Shown here: piece by piece, positions 28,401 to 40,941 of the stretch
Layout of the letters: each line of letters begins with the position of its first letter
Position numbering within the stretch: the stretch's first letter is position 1
Source of the DNA: Yuukianura sp. NJ FZ-2021
Lineage: Eukaryota
DNA length: 64,000 nucleotides
Reading direction: 5' to 3'
Assembly (NCBI GenBank): GCA_046563655.1
Contig: CM102285.1
Span: forward strand, 6,758,001 to 6,822,000
Notes under the pieces: model-generated
Database searches by the model: none
Told to the model about the DNA's origin: nothing
What the model saw: the letters and a program-made list of their open reading frames with translations, nothing else
Made by a program: the position numbers and the translations under genes

Positions 28401-30066
28401 GTCTCGCCTTCATCGTATTTACAGACGCCATCAACCAATTCAGTTTTGCTCCGTTCTGGGCTATCCTTTTCTTTTCAATGCTTTTTACCCTTGGAATCGA
28501 TTCGCAATTCGGTACACTGGAGGAGTCGTCACTTCCTTGGTGGATATGAAACTGTTCCCCAATTTAAGGAAAGAAATTCTAACAGGTAGTATACGCGCAG
28601 TTAAAAAAGTTATTCGGCGAATTTAAAAAAAGAGTCTATTCCTCAGGTATCCTATGCGGTCTGTGTTGCGCCTTGTCGATGATGTTCGCCCACGGAGCTG
28701 GGAATTATATATTCGTTCTCTTCGACAGTTTCTGCGGCAACATGCCGCTACTAATCATCGCCTTCTTCGAATGTATAGGCGTCGCATACATCTACGGTCT
28801 CAGTCGCTTCGCTGAGGACATTGAATTGATGACGGGTCGTCGACCTCATTTCTACTGGATGTTCTGTTGGAAGTATATTTCCCCCGTGGCTATGATCATC
28901 ATTCTGGGTACTTTGCAACCAACCTCTGTAGTATTGCGGAAGTTACTTTTAACCATTCTCTTGTTCGGTCTAATTACAGTTGCAAGTTGGGTGAAAATAG
29001 CTATGGAAGGAAGCTCCTATGCACGGTGGGACAAGGACAAGGCGGAGTCAATCAATACACCTTGGCCTAATTGGGCCCTTGTACTCGCCGTATTTCTCGT
29101 ACTGGTCTCCACTCTGTGGATTCCCATTATGGCTATTTTGAGGTAACTTATTTCAGTTTGCATGAAAAGGTTGAAAGTTGTCCTGATTTTTTAATGGTAA
29201 AGTTGAGAATAAGTGCTCCTAAACGGAGAGATCAATGCTTAGGTTATATTTTTACTGAAAGCCAAAGTGAAATCTAGCCAGAGTGTTGGACTTTCGAGGG
29301 AAAATTCCCTGCTGCCACTAATTACAGACATGAAAAAAATATTTACTAAAAACTGGCAAAATATTTAAACATTAAATAATTTTTTGTCAAAAACTCCAAA
29401 ACATTTACTTATTTAACACGGGGGGCATGAGAAATTAAATAAATATTTAGTAACAAAAAAACCCAGACTATTTAAATTCCTAACATAATAGTCATGATGA
29501 CTAAATATTTTTCTCATGTATGCTTGTTATGGAATTTCCTGGAGAATTTCAAACTTGTTGGTGTGAATTTCTACTTTTTTGTTTTTTCTTCCCTTTGCAC
29601 TGTCAACTGTCGCCAACTCGTGGAACTAGGTGTTTCGTGAAATACATGCGTAGTTGAGGCTACAGAAATTCAACAATCTGGGTGTTCAGTTTGGCTTTGA
29701 GTTTTAAGAACTTGAGTTCAAATAATCTTTTCATCATTACCTTTGGTAGACGGACTCGTATAATTTCTTATTGTTTGTGCATGATTCTGCTGTAATTTGA
29801 GGAAAACGTTAAAAAAATATCAATGAGAACCATTGCTAAACGTGTCTCACAGAATGCTCGGAATTACTCTAATGCCAAAAGAGGAGCCAGCATGGTTCCC
29901 AGCAAATGACTTACGTGATTTCCACGGGATTGTGACGCATGTGCCGACGGAGATGGAAAAATTATTCTTTGGATTCCGAGAAGATGGAACCGAAGGCATC
30001 ATTTGGAGGACAAAACCGAAACAGATTGGAGACGACGATGAGGAAGATTCCGAAGATATAACTTGA
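16448..30066 (+). CDS. SLC6 sodium-dependent neutral amino acid transporter (B0AT2/B0AT3, SLC6A15/17-like); about 13 exons; apparent 1-nt frameshift at ~28522
   Basis: [129 protein letters not shown]. Exons at ~16448-16639, 18433-18733, 18791-18899, 18970-19083, 23288-23352, 23440-23602, 24316-24425, 25704-25906, 28105-28293, 28385-28586, 28647-28907, 28980-29142, 29853-30066. Confidence 0.93.
17233..17549. repeat. Intronic inverted-repeat (MITE-like) element
   Basis: TTCAGGTGCAT...AAAACTACGACCAAACTTTTCGCATT...ATACGCTGCTCCACA is mirrored by TGTGGAGCAGCGTAT...AATGCGAAAAG...GGTCGTAGTTTT...ATGCACCTGAA. Confidence 0.65.
19618..21667 (+). pseudogene. Transib (RAG1-core-related) DDE transposase with two frameshifts (~20645, ~21515)
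   Basis: Motifs [77 protein letters not shown]. Removing 4 nt at CATCTTACTTGTG joins the two ORFs; the tail [14 protein letters not shown] lies in another frame. Confidence 0.9.
21710..21857. repeat. ~34-bp tandem repeat (about 4 units) in the Transib 3' region
   Basis: AAAGCGTGCT..TCCAGA.GC.ACCTGGTCAAAC repeated. Confidence 0.75.
25959..26417. mobile_element. Intronic MITE
   Basis: GGGTGGATTGGGGCATGTTCCAAGCAG / CTGCTTGGAACATGCCCCAATCTACCC inverted pair. Confidence 0.6.
26491..27988. mobile_element. Degenerate TIR element in an SLC6 intron
   Basis: ACCGCATTTACACCG...AAAGTAAATTACTTC versus GAAGTAATTTACTTT...CGGTGTAAGCGGT. Confidence 0.45.
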
Positions 30067-30555
30067 AACTTGGACTTGAAGTTATAATTCCTGTTTCAGC
30101 ATAGAGAATAACACTTAAAAAGCAGTAGACTAAAAATAGAGTGCAGAAACCGTGAAGGACGCATCATGTCACACAACAAGAAGATAGTATATCCAGTAGC
30201 GCAATTTCAATGTTTGTTTCTACGTTTGATCTAAAGCAAGTGTTGAATTGCACACGATGCGATTGGCGGCAATCCAGCAGGTTATTGAGCTTGTTGTTTG
30301 AAAACAAAAAAACTACGAGTTTGAAAGCCCACAATACCGAAACTTTTGTGAAAGAGTGCTTAATGCTTTCGAAGGGGGAACCGTGAACAGAAATGAGAAG
30401 TATAACCTTCTTACCAAGACGGTATAAACAATACGTATCGTCACAAGAATTCTCCACCTCATAGAATGATAGGTTTACGGGATAAAGACGTTGACGCCGA
30501 ACCCACTGAATTTTTTTGAGGTCACTTATGCACAACTGATACTTAACATTCAATC

Positions 30556-30990
30556 TTTTTAGTTTTCTGGAGACGTTTATCTACAATATGCAGAAGAAGA
30601 CTATTGATACGACTTTGTCTGTCCCACAGTCAAGTGTTTTATTTCTTTTTATTCACCCGAATCATAAATCCCATCCCATTCGTGGTTCAGTAAGCACAAA
30701 TACTTTTGTTATGTCTACATTTCACTCCAAGTCTTACAGAAACAGCGTAAGAATTGTTATCAATAGTAGACAATTATCGTGCATCGTAAGAAATCTTAAG
30801 CCAGCACAAACTGTTCAGAGCTCAATTTCAACGTTATTTTGATACAGTCATATTAACTTGCAAGGGGGACTTTTGTTTCATCGCAAAGGGTTATTAAAAA
30901 TGTGACGCACGAAGTACCAATAATCTTTCCTCGGCATGTAATAGACCTGCGTCTCGAGAAGACTAAAATTGAGTAATAGCTATTCTTGTA
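30556..30990 (+). mobile_element. Degenerate copy of a Helentron-associated (HINE/DINE-1-like) element
   Basis: 5' block TTTTAG.TTTCTGGAGACG...GAAGAAGACTATTGATACGACTTTGTCTGTC shared with the copies at 48648 and 55691. Confidence 0.55.
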
Positions 30991-32752
30991 TTGTAATCAA
31001 CAATGACTCCCTGAATACCGCTCCTTTCAGCCGCGCCGTGAAAAATTACTTTGTAATTTGGCCAAATCAGAGGTCACTCAAGGTCATTTCAAAATCGGAG
31101 TCAAACAAATTTACATTATAATAGCTGAGAGGCATTACTGGTATCCTCAAATCTGGAAACACCATCGATTTATGTAATTCACAATATTTATATAGTAGCA
31201 ATTTTATTTAATTTGAAAATTGTTGTGCCATCCTTCCGATACGAAATTGCTAAAATGACTTCCACGCTTTCAAAAGGTCGAAAATTCCGCTATAAAACAT
31301 AAGAACTTCGCGCTGGTGCAAATTTATTAAAAAATTAATATAGTAGCGTATAATGTCATGACGAATTGTTGTATTGTGATAGTCGACAATAAATTGTCCA
31401 TGGGAATAGTAACTTACTATTTGGAGTATATAACCTATACGTAACTGCATATATTAAACTTAAAATCCAAATTAATTACTTTAGTTTAGCACGAAAATCT
31501 TATCAACTTCTGTTCGTTTTCATAATTCAATCTTTAGTTTAGGCAGCTCTATAATCGGTGCTTCTATTGGTTATCTTTATCCGAACTTTTGTGCCTAACA
31601 TACTTATTGCAACTGGACGCACTTGAACTTTAAGCAAAGTAATAGCTTCTTGAAGATAAAACTTTAATGGATTTATTCCGAACACTTCGCCTACTCTTCG
31701 ATAATCTCTTTATGCATGAAGCGTAAGATTTGCAGGTGTGAAAGGATATTAGTCAATGGTTTGGGTGACTAACTCCCCCCCGTCCCCCCTTTTCTTTTGC
31801 ACTTTTGGTTTTTCTTTTTACACTTTTGTGCAACTTTTTATATTTGGTTTTGGCCCATGCTCACTGTATGTTTAAGAGTTTAATTAGTTTTTAAAAATAA
31901 TTTAAAAAATATTTTGCGGTTTTGTGGTTTGAGTCCCACCTGAAAAATCCTCTCTTCTTTGCACTTTTATGCAACTTTTTAGTTTTTATAGCTTGGGCTC
32001 ATTTTAAACTTGGCATTTAATTTGGTTTTTAATTTTTTTTTGTGTTTAAAAATACTACTTTCACGGAAACTATTTTTCTCGGAAACCCTTTTAAATAATA
32101 AATTCTCAAAAATATTTCTTTGTAAACATCAGGTTCCTTTCTAAATATATTTCGAAAATATTTTGAGATGACACAAGACCTAACCTACTGTTTGTCTTGC
32201 ACGTTTGCGGTTTTTTAATTGCCAATTACTTCCGTGTCGCGATCGCTAATTAGAATGCACGAAAAAACTTACGACAAGTTCAAGCAATGAAAACTTTTGA
32301 CCTTGTGAATTGGTTGACTCGTGTACAAAATACAAACTTATTTGCAATACAAACCTAATTTGCAAACACAAGGGATTGGTGGGAGTTCTGCAGCCTAGCT
32401 TTTCGCCGAGTGAATAACGGTTCACTCACCGCAAAAGCATTGCGTAACCATTTCAATGCTACAATTTGACTAAGTCAGCGTTTCCATCTAGTTGCTTATG
32501 ATCCGTGGAGTGTTGGTACGCAAGTTTATACGACACCCAGTGCTCATTTTGGTATTGGTTTTTTTCAAAATCACAAATCTCACCGACTAATTTCTGCCGC
32601 TAGACGTCAACCTCGTTTACTATTGGTCCGCTAGTCCTTCAAAATTACACATGCTAGTCGTTTTGAATGGGCAGGGAAATAGCTTTATCGCAAGTCAACT
32701 GCCCAAGGACGTTCAAATCCCTCGAGTCTGACGACAAAGTGCGTCAACCTGA

Positions 32753-33030
32753 CTTCTGATTGGTCGACGTGTTGTTGCCACAAAGGGCGTGGCTAGTACA
32801 ATACTGAAATTTGATTGGTCAAAATCCCAACCTGTATACCAATTTCAGCCAATTGGCGTCCATCTCGCTTCTGATTGGTCGACGAGTCGTTGCATCAGTG
32901 GGCGTGGCCAGTACATTGCTGCAATTTGATTGGTCAAAATCCCAAGCCCTATACCAATTTTCAGCCAATGGGCGTGCAGCTCGCTTCTGATTGGTCGACA
33001 TGTCGTTCAAAAATGGCCTAGTCCCACCAA
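32753..33030 (+). promoter_or_regulatory. ~115-bp tandem repeat rich in CCAAT and GC boxes (putative viral promoter/enhancer); mirrored at ~44570-44848
   Basis: Units start at 32753, 32868 and 32984; each full unit has about 4 CCAAT/ATTGG boxes plus GGGCGTGGC; TATAAA at ~33188 upstream of the basic-protein ORF. Confidence 0.55.
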
Positions 33031-33340
33031 TGGCAGTGGCTGGTCGCAAAATGTTTTAAAATCCTCTGCCATTTTTTTCTAGAAAGTGCAATAAAATAAA
33101 CTCGTGGAATCATAAAAAGTGGTCTCGAGACATCATTTGTTGCGGAACCCTGGCGTATATACAGCATGCTGTGTGCGCCAGAACATTATAAACTGGCCAG
33201 TTTGGAAAACATTTAATCTTCACTGCTTTACCAAACCATACTCATTTGTAGTTTGAAGAGCAACCGGAAAGGGCGTGCTGGCAAAGCAGGAAGCAAAAGT
33301 AACCTCAAGGGTGTTTTTGACTGAGAGCGACACTGGTACA

Positions 33341-33674
33341 ATGGATTCTGCACAAGTTACGCCAAAGAATAGCAAGAAAACGAAAAACGAGGATGGAAAT
33401 CAGGTAATGGGGTTCCTCTCAAATGAAGAATTGCAAGTTCTGGAATCGGCTAATCGAAGAAACGCGAGAGTTGAGGATGACGATTCTGACGGACGGTCCA
33501 AGGTACCTCGCAAGTTGCAAAAAACGTCGCTGCAGCATGGAAGAATGTCGCCATTTGAACAGCATATCCCACACCAAATGTCGCCATGTGACACAGAAAC
33601 ACGCAAAACATCGAAAAAATCACGCCGCAAAGGGTCAAAGTCTACGAAATTGACGCGAAAACGAGAAAAAGGGG
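33341..33674 (+). pseudogene. Left-arm copy of the basic K/R/S-rich protein, disrupted by the BEL insertion (resumes 40293-40516)
   Basis: Identical to the N-terminal part of the right-arm ORF 43703-44260 up to the LTR insertion point. Confidence 0.7.
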
Positions 33675-36600
33675 TGTTTTGGCATTTGAGACGCTTCTCA
33701 ACAGGGAAGCGCCAAATTTAAAGTGTAAAAAGTGTCATGATATATAGTATAGCGAAAGTGGAAAACGTGCGTGTGAAGAAGATGAGCAGAGGAGCTGCCC
33801 ACTTCACTTCAATGCTCCTTTTCAAGCAGCATGGTCTGCAACTTCTCAATTTCCAATTAAATTTACAATCAAATGTAAATATTTTAAAGAATAACTTTAT
33901 TTTATAATAAAATACAAAAAACCAACATCCGCTCTACCATCCAATTCACTTCATGGTGCCGAACGACTGGTTTTCGTCAGGACAACGAACGACAACCAAC
34001 TGATCAACAAAGGATGAAGCAGGCGGTACTTTGGTAATCGGTTTCAACTAACGTAGCAGTTTTACGAGGTGAGTTGAAAAGTGTCAATTGAACAAATGTG
34101 TTAATGAATTAATCATTGTGTCATGTGTAATTCGTGTCTTCTTGATTCTTGGGTCATGTCTTTTGTGTTTACTGGCAACAGTCATTGTCTAACTTAACGT
34201 GTGTGGCTCTTTTTGAGTAAAATTAATCAAAGTTGACAAACTGTTGACCAGGAAGAAAGCCAAAGAATCATCTTTGGCCATGTCTGACCAAGAACAAGAG
34301 AGTAAGGTGGCTGCAGCAAAAGGTCAAGGTCAGGTCAAGCCGACTGGCTCGAAAACAATGCTGAGCGTGTCACTACCAAGTGTGGAGTCTGAAAACATGC
34401 AGAGAATGGTAAAGGCCATTAGAGGTTTTAACTTTGACCTCCAGTATTTTCAGCAAAAAGTGGAGGAGTACAGCACAACTCCCACCCTTGTATCCAAGCC
34501 CAGGATGGCTATGGAAAGGAAGAAACTCGAGGGTTTCGAAACAAGGCTAAGTGAATTGCGCAGCGATGTGTACATGAACTGCGACGACGAAACGCAAATA
34601 CGCGCGCAGGCTGCGGAATTGAATGTGTGTGATAAGTTTCTTGATGCAATTAATCTAAAATTGATTTCTTTTGAGTCCCAGGTTATTGGAGGCTCAACAT
34701 CAGGAAAAATGAAAGTGAACATGCCGAAACTGGAACTTCCGACTTTCAGTGGCAAATACGAAGACTGGCTTTCCTACAAGGATCTGATTTTGACTTACAT
34801 TGTCAACAATCCTGATTTGACTGGAAGCCAGAAGTTGGGCTATCTTCAACCTACGCTGAAGGGTGAGGCTGAAGATGCACTGAAATACTTTGACATGACG
34901 AATGGGACTTTTGAAGAGGCATGGGACAGCCTGAAAGAGCGGTATGAAAATCCGCGACAAATTGTGTTTTCATTTTTAAAAAACATTGTTCATTTTAAAC
35001 CCATTCAAAATGAGTCCGCACAAGCATTGAGAAAGTTGCTTGACGTGTTTAATCAGTCCATCAGGTCACTTCAGGTGTTGAAGGAACCTGTGGACAGGTG
35101 GGACTCGTTTTTAATTTTTTTGATTCTAGAGAAAGTCTCCAGTGAAACAAAACGTGAGTGGACCCGCCACTTCAAAGGTACGCAGATGCCTAAGTTCAGC
35201 GAGGTCAAGGACTTTCTAGAAGATCACCTTCGTGGGTTGAATGTCGGCTCAGAAAAATCGGGCCACAGTGAGAAAAAGACTGCTGAGAAACCCACTGAGA
35301 AAAAGTCTCACCAATCGTCCTCCAAAGTCCCATGTCCAAAATGCGGGGGAGAACATTCATTGTTCAAGTGTGAACAATTCAACTCCATGGCAGTCGACGA
35401 ACGTGAGAAATTGGTAAAGTCTAAAAATTTGTGTTTCTGTTGTCTCAGGGGTGGCCATGGTGAGAGCAAGTGTGTTTCGAAATTTAAATGTGCAAAATGT
35501 CAAAAGCGACATAACACACTGCTCCACTATGACAGAAAGCCGAAACCACCAGCAGTGGATACAAAGGAGGAGAAACCAACCACTTCAACCACAGCACTGT
35601 ACTGTTCTAGTACTCGTGTGATTTTGGCTACAGCAGTGGTGAGTGTAATGGACTCCTTTGGTGATTACCAAAACTGTCGTGTGTTGTTGGATCAAGGTTC
35701 TGAGTCCAACTTCATTTCAAATTCGTGTGTCAAAAAATTGGGTCTTAAAAAGCACCGTGCTAATGTGACCATTACAGGTATTTCAGGAACCAAGGTTGAA
35801 AGAGCGTTGGGGGAAACCAATTTTTGTGTAAAATCAAGACTAAATGATTTTGAAATTAACGTGTGTGCTTTAGTCTTGAACAAAGTTACAGGTTCTCTGC
35901 CTTCGTTCCTTGTCAAAAACACCGATTGGCCACACTTAAAAAATTTAGAACTGGCAGATCCTGCCTATCTATCAGTGACGTGGACATTTTACTCGGAAGT
36001 GAGTTTGTGGCCAGACTTAAGACTGGAAAAAAGGTACAAAGTGACCTAAGTCTACCCGTCGCTGAGGAAACTGAATTTGGGTGGGTCATTTCTGGCCCGG
36101 TAAGCAGCACAAAAAATGTAAGTGTCAATTTTTGTACCTCTGTGTGTGAATCATATGTGAAAAAATTCTGGGAACTTGAGAGTGTCCCAATTCGACCAGT
36201 TTACACTCAAGAGGAGTCACTGGCTGAGCAACATTTCATTTCAAATCACTCCAGGACTGAGAGTGGTAGGTACGTGGTTAAATTACCGTACAAAAATGAT
36301 TGTGTCAAATTGGGTTCGTCACGTGACATGGCCGTAAGTCGATTGATAGGAATCGAAAAACGTTTGCAAAAGTTCCCTCAGTACAAGGACGACTACCACC
36401 AATTTATGTCAAAATACAAGGAACTTGGCCACATGAGTCCAGTGACCAAGTCGGAGGAGGGTGAGGTCATTGGAGTGACAAACTATCTGCCTCATCACTT
36501 CGTGTTAAAAGACACAAGTACCACTACCAAATTACGAGTTGTATTCGACGGTTCTGCGAAAACATCGAATAATGTGTCTTTGAATGATTGTTTGTTAGTG

Positions 36601-39600
36601 GGTCCTACTATCCAAACTGATATATTTTCTCATTTGTTGTTTTTTAGGACTAATCAAATCGCACTCAAGGCGGACATTGTCAAAATGTACCGTCAATTCC
36701 TCGTGGACCCAATTGACCAGAGAAAACAGAGGATACTCTGGCGAGAAACACCAAGTGATGAAATTGGTGAATACCAACTAACGACAGTGACGTACGGCAC
36801 AAGCTCCGCCCCATTTCACGCCGTCAGATGCCTGCAGCAATTAGCCGAAGACGAAAAGACTAAATTCCCAATGGCTGCTGAGGTATTGAAATCAAATTTC
36901 TACGTGGACGACTTGATGGGAGGAGCCAACAGTGTCCAAGAGGCTAACCAACTCGTGACGGAGCTAGAAGGACTTTTACGTCGTGGTTGCCTTGAAATTA
37001 CGAAGTGGGACTCGAATTCGAAAGAGGTTCTAAAGTCCATTCCTAAGGTAAACCGTGGAAAAAATGACGTAATTACATGTGATGCAGATTTTGACAGAGT
37101 TCTAGGTGTTTGTTGGGACAGTGGAGGTGATTACTTTCACTTCAAGGGTTACACTCCAAAACCAGTGGGCGTGGTCACAAAGAGGACAGTCTTGTCGACG
37201 ATGTCCAAGGTTTTTGACCCACTTGGTTTTTTGTCCCCCCTAACTGTCAAAATTAAAGTCTATTTTCAGGTACTATGGTCTCCAGTTCAAGGAAGTAAAA
37301 ATGGAATTCTCTCATGGGACGATGAGATTCCTCCTGACCTGGCTGGACAATGGCATGACTATGTCCAAAGTGTCCACGACATAAAAAGTCTAACCATTCC
37401 CAGGTTTTTGTTCTCAGATTCTCCAGAAATCGTTGAAATTCATGGATTTTGTGACGCATCGGAACTGGCCTACTGTGCGGTAGTATACGTCCGTTCAATT
37501 CAGAGGAATGGTCGGGTCACTACTAACATAATCGCATCAAAGACGAAAGTGGCTCCTATGAAGCAGATCAGCCTTCCACGACTCGAGTTGTGTGGTGCTC
37601 TACTTCTGGCAAAATTGATTCCCAAAGTGATGGAAGCCACTCGTCTCAATTGCACAATCATCACTTGGACCGACAGTGAAACGGTACTCAAGTGGCTGCG
37701 TAACACGAGTCGTAAGTTTGTTACTTTTGTTGCTAATCGTGTTTCTGAGATACAGGAAGTAATTCCTGTCAGTTCCTGGAATTTTGTTCCTGGAATTGAT
37801 AATCCAGCAGATTTAGGGACTCGTGGGATAACAGCAGAGGAACTCGTAAGTTCAAATTTGTGGTGGTGTGGCCCAGACTGGTTAAAAAATGGAAATTTGC
37901 CAGTATTTGAGTCAGAGGGTAAAGTAAGTGACCACTCTGAACTCCTGGAATTACGAAAGGTAAAGGGGAATCTGACCCTAATCGACCGTGACATGATGAA
38001 ACGATTTTCCAATTTCATGAGGCTTAACCGTGCCGTGGCATATGCCATAAGATTTGTTTCAAATTGCAGGAATTTGAAACAGGGGGAGAGGCTTACTGGT
38101 GATCTATCAGTTGAAGAAACGGAGAGAGCCCTCCTAATCTGTGTCAAAGTAGCCCAAGAAGACGACTACAATGATGACATAATGGCCTTAAAGAAGAACA
38201 ATCGAGTGGACAAGGGAAGTGCATTGGAGTCACTACACCCATTTCTGGACAGTCATGGAGTGATGCGTGTCGGAGGGAGACTCCAAAAGTCTGACTTACC
38301 AAGTGACCAATGCCACCCCATCATTTTATCAGGTCAAAATCATTTCACCAAAATCATGGTAAGGTATTTTCATCATTTTTATCTTCACGCCAATTACCAA
38401 TTGTTGTGGGCAAACTTGTCCAAACGATTTTGGATCGTGAGAGCCCGAGTCACAATTCGTCAGGTGGTCAGAGACTGCCTGAAGTGCAAAAGACTACGAG
38501 CCAAAGCCAGTGAACAACTGATGGGATCATTACCAAGGGCAAGAGTAACTCCCTCTCCTCCATTTACTCACTGTGGAGTCGACTACGCAGGCCCCTTTAA
38601 GCTGCAAGAAAAGTACGGACGTGGTAAAAGGCAATTTGATGCCTATTTTTGTGTATTTGTCTGTTTTGCGACACGGGCAATCCATTTGGAACCCGTGACA
38701 GACTTGACCACGGCTGCATTCATTGCGACTCTAAAAAGATTTATTTCCAGACGTGGACTTGTGACTGAAATTCATTCGGATTGTGGCAAAAACTTCGTTG
38801 GCGCAGCTAACGAAATGAAAGAGTGGGTTAAGATTATTCATGATTCTAAAATATCTGATTTTTTATGTGTTTCAGGGATACAATGGAAATTTATCCCCCC
38901 TGATGCCCCACACATGGGTGGACTTTGGGAATCTGGAGTAAAATCGGCAAAGTACCACCTCAGGAGAGTGGTTGGGAATACGACTTTGACACTGGAGGAA
39001 TTTTACACGCTCCTGACCATGGTGGAAGCAGTGCTCAACTCACGGCCGATTTGTGCAAAATCTCGTGATCCAGATGACGTTGAGGCCCTCACTCCAGGTC
39101 ACTTCCTCATTGGAAAGCCGCTACTCGCCATCCCAGAGCCACCATTGACCGAAATCAAGGAGCACAGACTGTCGAGATGGCAACGTGTCCAGCAGATGTC
39201 TGAACATTTCTGGAATCGCTGGAAAAAAGAGTACCTCAACCTTCTCCAGCAACGCAACAAGTGGCGAAATGAGGCTGAGAATATCAAAATTGGCGATCTC
39301 GTCCTAATCAAAGACGACGATACTCCACCGTTGAAGTGGAAACTCGCCAGAGTCACCAAAACATTCCCTGGAGAAGACAACCTGGTCCGATCAGTCGAGG
39401 TGAACTTCAAAACTACTGAAATCGACAAGAAAGGTCAATCCAAAGTCAAGGATCATGTGTTTCTTCGTCCAATTGTGAAAATCGTCAAGCTACTACACCC
39501 AGAGTAGCGTAAGTCCAGGGACTTTGTGTAAATAATTTAGTGTAAAATTCAAAATATTCATTTATTATTTCATAACTTTAAAATTTGGGTTAAAGTTACA

Positions 39601-40287
39601 TTTAAAATCATAAGTATTAAGTAGCTTTTTCAAGCAATCAAAACATAGGTGTTAAGTTAGGATTAGTTTCTAAATCCTATCTCTTTCCAAAACTTAAAAT
39701 TAGGGGTAAAAATCATTTGCAAAAACACCCTCCGTTCGAGTAGACTTAATTACTTAACTTAAGGTGCATCAATTCTGGATTGTGTGTCTGTGTGGGCGAT
39801 CTGTTGTGTTCTGATCTACTGGTAGGGTCCAGTAAACGGCAAAATCCAGCTTGAGCAACTGGAAGAAGGCCTTGTCCACCTTCAGCCACCGAATCCAGTA
39901 GCATCAGAGCACCCTTCATTTTTTCATTTGTGTACATCCAGAATTGGTCATCATTTTCTTTTGTGTTTTTTAAAAATTGAATGACTTAGTCATTCAATGG
40001 AGGGCGGTGTTTTGGCATTTGAGACGCTTCTCAACAGGGAAGCGCCAAATTTAAAGTGTAAAAAGTGTCATGATATATAGTATAGCGAAAGTGGAAAACG
40101 TGCGTGTGAAGAAGATGAGCAGAGGAGCTGCCCACTTCACTTCAATTCTCCTTTTCAAGCAGCATGGTCTGCAACTTCTCAATTTCCAATTAAATTTACA
40201 ATCAAATGTAAATATTTTAAAGAATAACTTTATTTTATAATAAAATACATAAAATCCAACATCCGCTCTACCATCCAATTCACTTCA
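33675..40287 (+). mobile_element. Full-length BEL/Pao LTR retrotransposon
   Basis: LTRs 33675-33953 and 40008-40287 (TG...CA, only about 3 differences); 5-bp TSD AGGGG; PBS TGGTGCCGAA (tRNA-Phe-like) at 33954; PPT GGAGGGCGG before the 3' LTR. Confidence 0.97.
34280..39507 (+). CDS. BEL/Pao gag-pol polyprotein (DUF1759 gag, 3 Zn knuckles, protease, RT, RNase H/peptidase A17, integrase, DUF5641), split by a frameshift at ~35975
   Basis: PKLELPTFSG, CPKCGGEHSLFKC, LLDQGSE, YLPHH, KLRVVFDGS, FYVDD, HGFCDASE, PRLELCGA, GVDYAGP, SDCGKNF, GGLWE, LTPGHFLIG. Confidence 0.93.
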
Positions 40288-40941
40288 AGGGGGAAGAAAA
40301 GAGGAGAGAATCGAATCCCCACGCTGTAGTGGAGCAGAATCTGATACAGATTCAACAAAAAAGAACAAAAAACATCAAAAAGTCGCCCAAACTGACGTTG
40401 CAGGAAAGAAATCAACTAGAAAAACTTCAAAAAGGAAACCAAAAAGGGGGCAAACTGGACTTAAGTATGCTACTTCGTATAAGAATGGTGCAAATGGTAG
40501 CCTGCTTCTGCGGTGAAACCACTTGCCTTTACACATTTGTCATTAAGTATAGTAGAAACTAAAGTCTCCCCACCTTTTGACTACTATAAATTAGCATTAT
40601 TAGCCAGTTTGGCGGCCAGTCGGCATGCGAAAGCCGAGGTGACAACACCTCTCCGCCAAAAAATTGTGCAAAATTGTACGTTTAGTGAGCACAGTTGTCT
40701 TCAAACGGTCGCCAATCGGTACCCAAAAGCCAAATTTAATACACTTTTCTGCCAAAAAGTTGGACATTTGCATCCAAACGGTCGCCAGTCGGCATCGGCA
40801 CCTCTTATCGACCTCATCTCTCGACGTACTTTAGACAACAATTGGCTCTACATTGTTGAGGTTCAGCGATTTTTAGCAAATTAAAATACCCCAACAATAT
40901 CTCACAGACTTGACCTAAAACGAGGCCAACTAACCACGGAA

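Noticed and set aside
35863..36049. Programmed gag-pol frameshift in the BEL element
   Set aside because: The break lies inside the conserved LADP...VDILLG segment, no slippery heptamer is evident, and BEL elements normally have one ORF. It is probably a small deletion.
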